This document shows, piece by piece, positions 57,911-64,000 of a stretch of 64,000 bases of DNA. The stretch is from Rotaria socialis. Taxonomy: Eukaryota. Location of the stretch: contig CAJNYD010000034.1 in the NCBI GenBank assembly GCA_905331295.1, forward strand, positions 62,001-126,000. The letters run 5' to 3'. Every line of letters starts with the position of its first letter. The stretch's first letter is position 1. The notes below the pieces were generated by a model. The model was not told the DNA's origin, did no database searches, and saw only the letters and a program-made list of their open reading frames with translations. The translations under genes and the position numbers were made by a program.

Positions 57911-58947
57911 GATATATCAAAATATACTGGTTTGTCTCTGCTTCTGATTTTTTGTATTGTTTACATTTCACATAACCTTTTTAGTTATTAATGACATTTA
58001 TTCATTTTATTAGAATGTGAAAAATGTTTAAAAAAAACGAAAGAGAATTATAGTTAGTTGACAACAATCGACTGTCGTTGTTCATCGTTATTGTTGTCAT
58101 TCGATGTTAAAATTCTATTCATTTTCATTCGAAAAGAAATATTTTAAAAAAAAATTTATTTTCACAGTTGACCCGAAATCAATAGGCGATAAATCATCAT
58201 GGTCATTCGCATTTTTATTTGTTCTTCGCTCTCTCTCTTGCTCTCTTTCTCTTTACTTGACCCTTGGCGAACATGTCCGGCAAACTTTTCAAACTTATAT
58301 GCCCCCGATTAATTGAGTTTTTTTTTCTCTTTCTGTTCTGTTCTCGATCGAGCCAAAAAAAAGAGAAAAAAAAGAAGGAAGAAGAGGGCATATTCTCCGA
58401 TTGCTAGGAACAGAACAATCCTTCTTTTTCCCTTCTCTTCTCTTTTGCTTTTACGAACGAAACAAGAAATAATTATATACATTGATGTAGACGAAGCTAA
58501 CGCAGAGAGAAAGAAGAGCGATTAGAAAAAGACAGACAGGAAAAAAAGAGAGAAGGAGACCTTTCGTTTACATACATTACTATGCCATCACTCAAGATGC
58601 CGGTTTTTTTTCTTTTTCTATCAAATTTATGCTGTTTTTTTTAAATACATACATACGAGTCTGCGCATGTTGTCTTGTATTTTGTTTTTCTTCTATAATA
58701 CACATGTATAGCGCATGCCTCATCACCATCATCATCATCATCTTCGTTGCCGCATGTACATACGAAAAAAGAACCAGATACAATAAAATAAAGAACATCC
58801 TTTTAGTATCCTTTGACGTTTTTTTAAATACATTCAGTGCTAATTGAGAATAAGAATGATATTATCGCTAACTATTAAAAACAAAGAATTCTTCGATTGC
58901 AGATCAATTAATTTTCCATGTAATTCAGTGTTATTATATCTTTAAAA

Positions 58948-61412
58948 ATGACTTCTGCATTATATTATCAATCACTGACAGTACCCCAACAACAACAACA
59001 ACAACAGCAACCCCAAATACCAATGTAGTAAGTAGAAAAAGAAAAAAATGTATGTTTGTGTTTGTATAGATTTTTAAATTTTATTTATAATTTTAGCTAT
59101 CATCCACAACAACATCAACCTCAATTGTTACAGCAACAAGTACTACCACAACAAATTCATCATATGATGCCATCATCACATGCACAAAATCGTGAACAAC
59201 ATCATCAACCCAAAGAACTACATAAGCCAAAGGGTCGAATGAGTGCATATACATTTTTTGTCCAAAAATGTCGAGATGAACATCGTAAAGCGTATCCAAA
59301 TGAAAATGCTAACTTTAGTGAATTTTCAAAAAAATGTGCTGAAAAATGGAAGGTAAGAAAAAAATTCGCAATCGCCATATGTATGCATGTAGTCAGTGAA
59401 TTTTATAAAAACTAATCGATCAATATGTAACTGTATAGGAAAAATTTTTCTCGTTATTTCTTCTAGACAAATTTTCCCTTGATGTAAAAGAAAAAAACAT
59501 TAAATTCTTCTAGTTATATCCCTGATCTTCTAGACTGATGTTTTGTATTTGATCTATCAGAATGGATTGAAATTATTGACTATTTTTCTACTCTTTTGAT
59601 GAAGGACAGACTAAAATAATATCGGATTAAGCAAATAATTCTATTCAAATAGTTTATGTTCTTTATTCAATTGTTTGATTCTATCAAATTTATATTTTAG
59701 ACAATGACCGAAAGTGAGAAAGCAAAATTTGCTGCACAAGCTGAAATTGATAAACAACGATTTGATCGTGAAATGGCCATCTATCAACCTGGTGAAAAAC
59801 GTACAAAAAAAAAGAAAAAAGATCCACTTGCACCAAAACGACCATTGTAAGAAAAACCGTTTATTTTTTTTTAAATGAAAATACAAAAATAATTAATTGA
59901 TTGATGTTTTTGTTTGTTTGTTTGTTTTAGATCAGCATTTTTTCATTATTGTAAAGAAGAACGACCAAAATTAAAAGCTATAAATCCAAGTTTATCTGTT
60001 GGTGAAATTGCCAAAGAATTAGGTGATCGATGGAATCATACAGCTCCCGATGGAAAACTAACTTATGAAGAATCAGCACAACGAGATAAAGAAAGATATG
60101 AAAAAGTTCGTTGAAATTCATCAATATTCTGTGTTACTCAAAATTGCTTTTCTTTTCTTTTTAATTATTAGGAAATGAATGAATTTAAATTGGCAAATAA
60201 AAAAGCTTTAAAATCTAATGCATCACCCCAAACAATACCACCACCACCACCGCCACCACCACTACAACATCAGTCCGAACAACAAGTCAGAATACATCAA
60301 GATGTAAATTTTTATTAAATACTTTTTTTTCCCTCTATTTTAAAATTTCGATTTCTATTTAGCAACAACAACAACAACAACAGCAACAACAGTACTCTTC
60401 TCCATCATACCAATTACCTTCCTTTAATCCTATGCAATCTTTTCAACCTCAAGTAAATAGTAAAACTAATAATCGATTGATTAATTTTTTCCTTTTTTTT
60501 AGACATTCGGTCAAATGAATAATTTTCAAGATAATGGCTTAACATCATCTCTTTTTCCTCATTATAATGGTTATTCATTACAAATGCCACATAACAATGT
60601 AGGATATTAGTGAACAGTAGAAGTAGTAGCTATGCATACAAGCACATATATACACTTTGATTCTGTTCCATTCGAAGTATACAAAAATGACAAAGACTTG
60701 AAGTTTATTTGTTGTTGTCATTCACTTTTGTAAATGATGAATTTCTTCCGATTTAGTTCTCTTCGTTTCTTATACACCTGATAAAAAATTTTGTGCATAT
60801 GCACATAAGATCAACGTATAGATAAAACTGTGAACGATAATTAATGAATATAGCAACATCAGAATTCAGCAGCTGTTTTTTTCTTCCGGTTTTGTTCTTT
60901 TTTTTGTTTATTTATTTCGAAACAAATTTGTTGTCGATTATTTCTTGTTTTTGTTGTTCCTGTTTTGTACGTGTATAATACTCGAAAACAAGATAGAAAA
61001 AAAAAGATAAATATGAAAAAAAAAACGCCTTTGATTCTATAGTATACCTCTAATCAACAATATTTATATGTGTAAGTACTGCGTTTCTGCTTTGTCTCTG
61101 ATGTATATATGTGCTTGGTTTTTGTTTGACAATTGCCAATTTTAATTAATATACTTAATCATCTATTTTCAGGTGCAAATGCAACAATTTCAAGTTTTGC
61201 AACAACAGCATCAACAACAACAACAACAACAACATATGCAGCATCAGGTAGAAATAAATTTGTAAGGCAAGTTAAAAGAACGCATTTTTGTTCGTTTCGT
61301 CCTTTAGACTTATCAAACATTAACATCAGTTAATACTAATCATCACGAACAACGACACGATGATCAAGATAATGGCGATGATAACGATACTGAATCTGAT
61401 GATGAAGAATAG
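58948..61412 (+). CDS. HMGB/DSP1-like protein with two HMG boxes, poly-Q tracts and two alternative 3' ends (stops at 60610 and 61412)
   Basis: Box [21 protein letters not shown]...[15 protein letters not shown]. Box [27 protein letters not shown]...[10 protein letters not shown]-rich N-terminus as in DSP1. Confidence 0.9.
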
Positions 61413-61820
61413 ATGAAAAATTTTATTTCTTACGAAATTTATCTCTTTTTTCTCGATGTAAGATGATACATTTGTGTACACCATTAATTTGATTCTTTTC
61501 ATTTTGTACTTGTTCTGACTGTGACGAATCGGTTGTATGTGTTGATACACGCTTAGCTTGTATAATATTGTCCTATTTTCTCATTTTATGACATATAACT
61601 TTTTGTGTCTTTTTTTTTGTTTTTGTCTGGTTTTTATAAGATATAATGTCAGACATATCTATACACATATATACATACGTTGGTCGTTTTCTCACGTTTT
61701 TTGTTTATTTTATTGACTAAAAATCTAATTGAATGATGCACAACTATCAGTCCAAAGCAGTTGTCTATTAAGAATGCCCTTTTTTTTTAGAGAGAAGAAA
61801 CATTTGTACAGGTAGCATGA

Positions 61821-62128
61821 GGGGTGTCCAAGGACTGAGGATTAGGAATGCCTCATCAGTTCCCCTTTAGTTCCTTGCATAATAAATGTAATAATATGGA
61901 ATATTCGCGATAGTTTTTGTTCTTACACTCATTTTCACTTGCAAAATTGTGAAAATCAATGATTTCATGCAAAAAGTATTTTTAAAACAGCAATATCGCG
62001 ACTCTCGTGAATGGAGGAACTGTGAGAAAACTTATAGTTGATTCCCATTTCCTCTAGGAATTATCACAGAGACACTGACAATTCCTCGGCAAATTAGGAA
62101 TTCCTATTTCTCAGTCTTTGGATACTGC
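61821..62128. mobile_element. PIF/Harbinger-like MITE
   Basis: About 33-bp imperfect TIRs GGGGTGTCCAAGGACTGAGGATTAGGAATGCCT and (reverse complement) GCAGTATCCAAAGACTGAGAAATAGGAATTCCT. TGA on both flanks (3-bp TNA TSD). Confidence 0.7.
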
Positions 62129-62703
62129 TGAAATATTCATATTAATTAAAACGCAAATGAATCTAAGAATATGTCCACAAATGATAATACCTTGAAATTA
62201 TATTATTAAAATAAATTAAATTTACATTAAGTATTGACACATAATCTATAGCGGAATAGAAAAATGCGAGTATCGAACACATTATATAAAAGAAGCACTC
62301 TAATCCTTTGTTGACAAGTCCAGATGATGAGAAAGCATAACTTCAAAACTAATAATAAAATATTTGATGATACTAATTCTTATTTCAAAATATGCACTCA
62401 AAATATTGAAAATGTTAGGCCTTACAATCAGCAGCAACAAAATAGATTTAATTTTGTTTTGTTGCAATTAGATAAAACTACGTGTGGTACTATTTGAAGT
62501 AGAAATAATGATTATGTTTGATTATAGATACATATTTGATATTGCTTTTAATTAAATCTTCAAAACTTTTGTTTTTTAATATCTTATTATTATTCTACTG
62601 AGAATTATTGCGTTTAAATATATGACTGAGCAAACAAATAAAAATCTGATTAGTAAAATTAAAAAAGAACCTTTGTTTTGCTTTTAAGAATAAAAATAAA
62701 TTC

Positions 62704-63521
62704 ATGTTTTCTTCTGGATTAAAAAATCTATTGAAAACATGCATTCATACACTATGGAAATTAGTTCAATTACTATTATTTGTTATTATTGTGCCACCAT
62801 TGATTAATTACGCATCATTAAAACGTGAAGCGCCTTTACTTGGACAACATGGTAAGTAATCGACATTCAATATGAATATTTGCTATTAATTGTGTTAGGT
62901 TTACCATATGATATTGGCTTTGGTCAAAAATTGTTTTTACGTTGTCGTGGAAAGGGTGCGCCAACGGGTGAGTATTTTTGAAAGTATTTAAAATAAGAGA
63001 GAAAAAAAAAGACAATTTTTGTTCAAAGTTATTTTTGATGCTCCCACTGGCATGACCTCAGATATTTGGCTTCCTCTTCAAGAAAATCTTCAGAGGACAA
63101 CAACAGTAAATGTGTCATGATTGGATTTTTCTTTTCATTCTAATGAACTTTCTTTAGGTATGTATCTATGATCGAGCAGGATTAGGAATGAGTGATCCAC
63201 CATTAGGTTCGACGATTCAACAAAGTAATATTTTAATTGAATTCGAAGAAAAAACGATTTAATAATCACGATGATGTTCTATATAGAATCCGATGTCAAA
63301 GAAAATGAACCCACGAAATATCGTGGTATGGATTTCACGGTAGAAAAGTACAGACTTTTTGATGAAAATTGCAATTAAACGCTTAAAAAATTATTCATTA
63401 GAATGTCCGAAGATTTGAATCGCCTTATGACTGCTACAAGTCAACAGCCAAAACCATTTATTCTAGTCGGTGCTGATCTTGGTGCTATCGTAGCTCGTTT
63501 TTATACTCAAATGTATGAATT
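62704..63521 (+). CDS. Membrane-anchored alpha/beta hydrolase fold protein, 5' part (continues beyond the last exon seen)
   Basis: N-terminal TM, then LFLRCRGKGAPTVIFDAPTG, VCIYDRAGLGMSD and PKPFILVGADLGAIVARFY across short introns. Start codon tentative. Confidence 0.8.
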
Positions 63522-64000
63522 GTAAGTCGATACAATAGAATCCAAATCACAACTGTCATTTATCACGATGTGTATGAAATAGCATAAATTAAAAAGCAGA
63601 AAAACGATGATAGATATCAAACATAAGCGTTGATTTAAACACTTTCTATCAATGAATTACTATCAATCAGAGATATAACAATTAAAATCTTAGATTTTGT
63701 CTTTAAATTGAACATTAACAAAATCATATCGCGTTCAAATTATGCATTTATGTAGATAGATGCAAGATTAGTAATTCTATAAGAACTAATTCTAGTCAAT
63801 TCCCAGTGCTATGATGGTTCATTGCATAATATTTTAATCTTAAAGTATGCCGAAAGATGATTAGAAGTTATTGGACCAGAGCATTTAAAAAATGCTGATC
63901 AATAAATAATCACCCTTGTAATGAATGGTCCAGTCGCATCTAGTCAATGAATTATAATTCTTACATGCGTAAGATTTAGAGTTTAAATCTATATTTTATT

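Noticed and set aside
58059..58100. Small hairpin upstream of the HMG gene
   Set aside because: Stem is too short and low-complexity for a pre-miRNA call.

Overview
AT-rich, gene-dense eukaryotic (metazoan) DNA with many short GT-AG introns of about 50-65 nt. This style is consistent with a bdelloid rotifer-like genome (inference). Conserved genes I can support: 5' part of UBE3A, ALYREF, RNF141, PRUNE, a C2H2 zinc-finger gene, eIF3j, SPT16, TMEM70, a PYCR3-like reductase, MITD1, NDUFS7, an HMGB/DSP1-like gene and the 5' part of an alpha/beta hydrolase. Most notable: (1) a ~2300-aa single-pass receptor (4 SUEL-lectin/CUB pairs, a fibronectin type II module, 4 more pairs) nested on the same strand inside intron 2 of MITD1, with its poly(A) signals next to the host 3' splice site; (2) a secreted 367-aa modular protein with two Cys-rich modules and three Leu/Asn-rich repeats; (3) a miR-981/miR-76 family pre-miRNA; (4) operon-like spacing at MITD1-PYCR-TMEM70 and RNF141-PRUNE; (5) alternative acidic versus non-acidic HMGB tails; (6) a nest of CCC-terminated CACTA/CMC-like non-autonomous transposons at 19.5-25.4 kb. 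All exon boundaries and domain calls were read by eye, without database searches.
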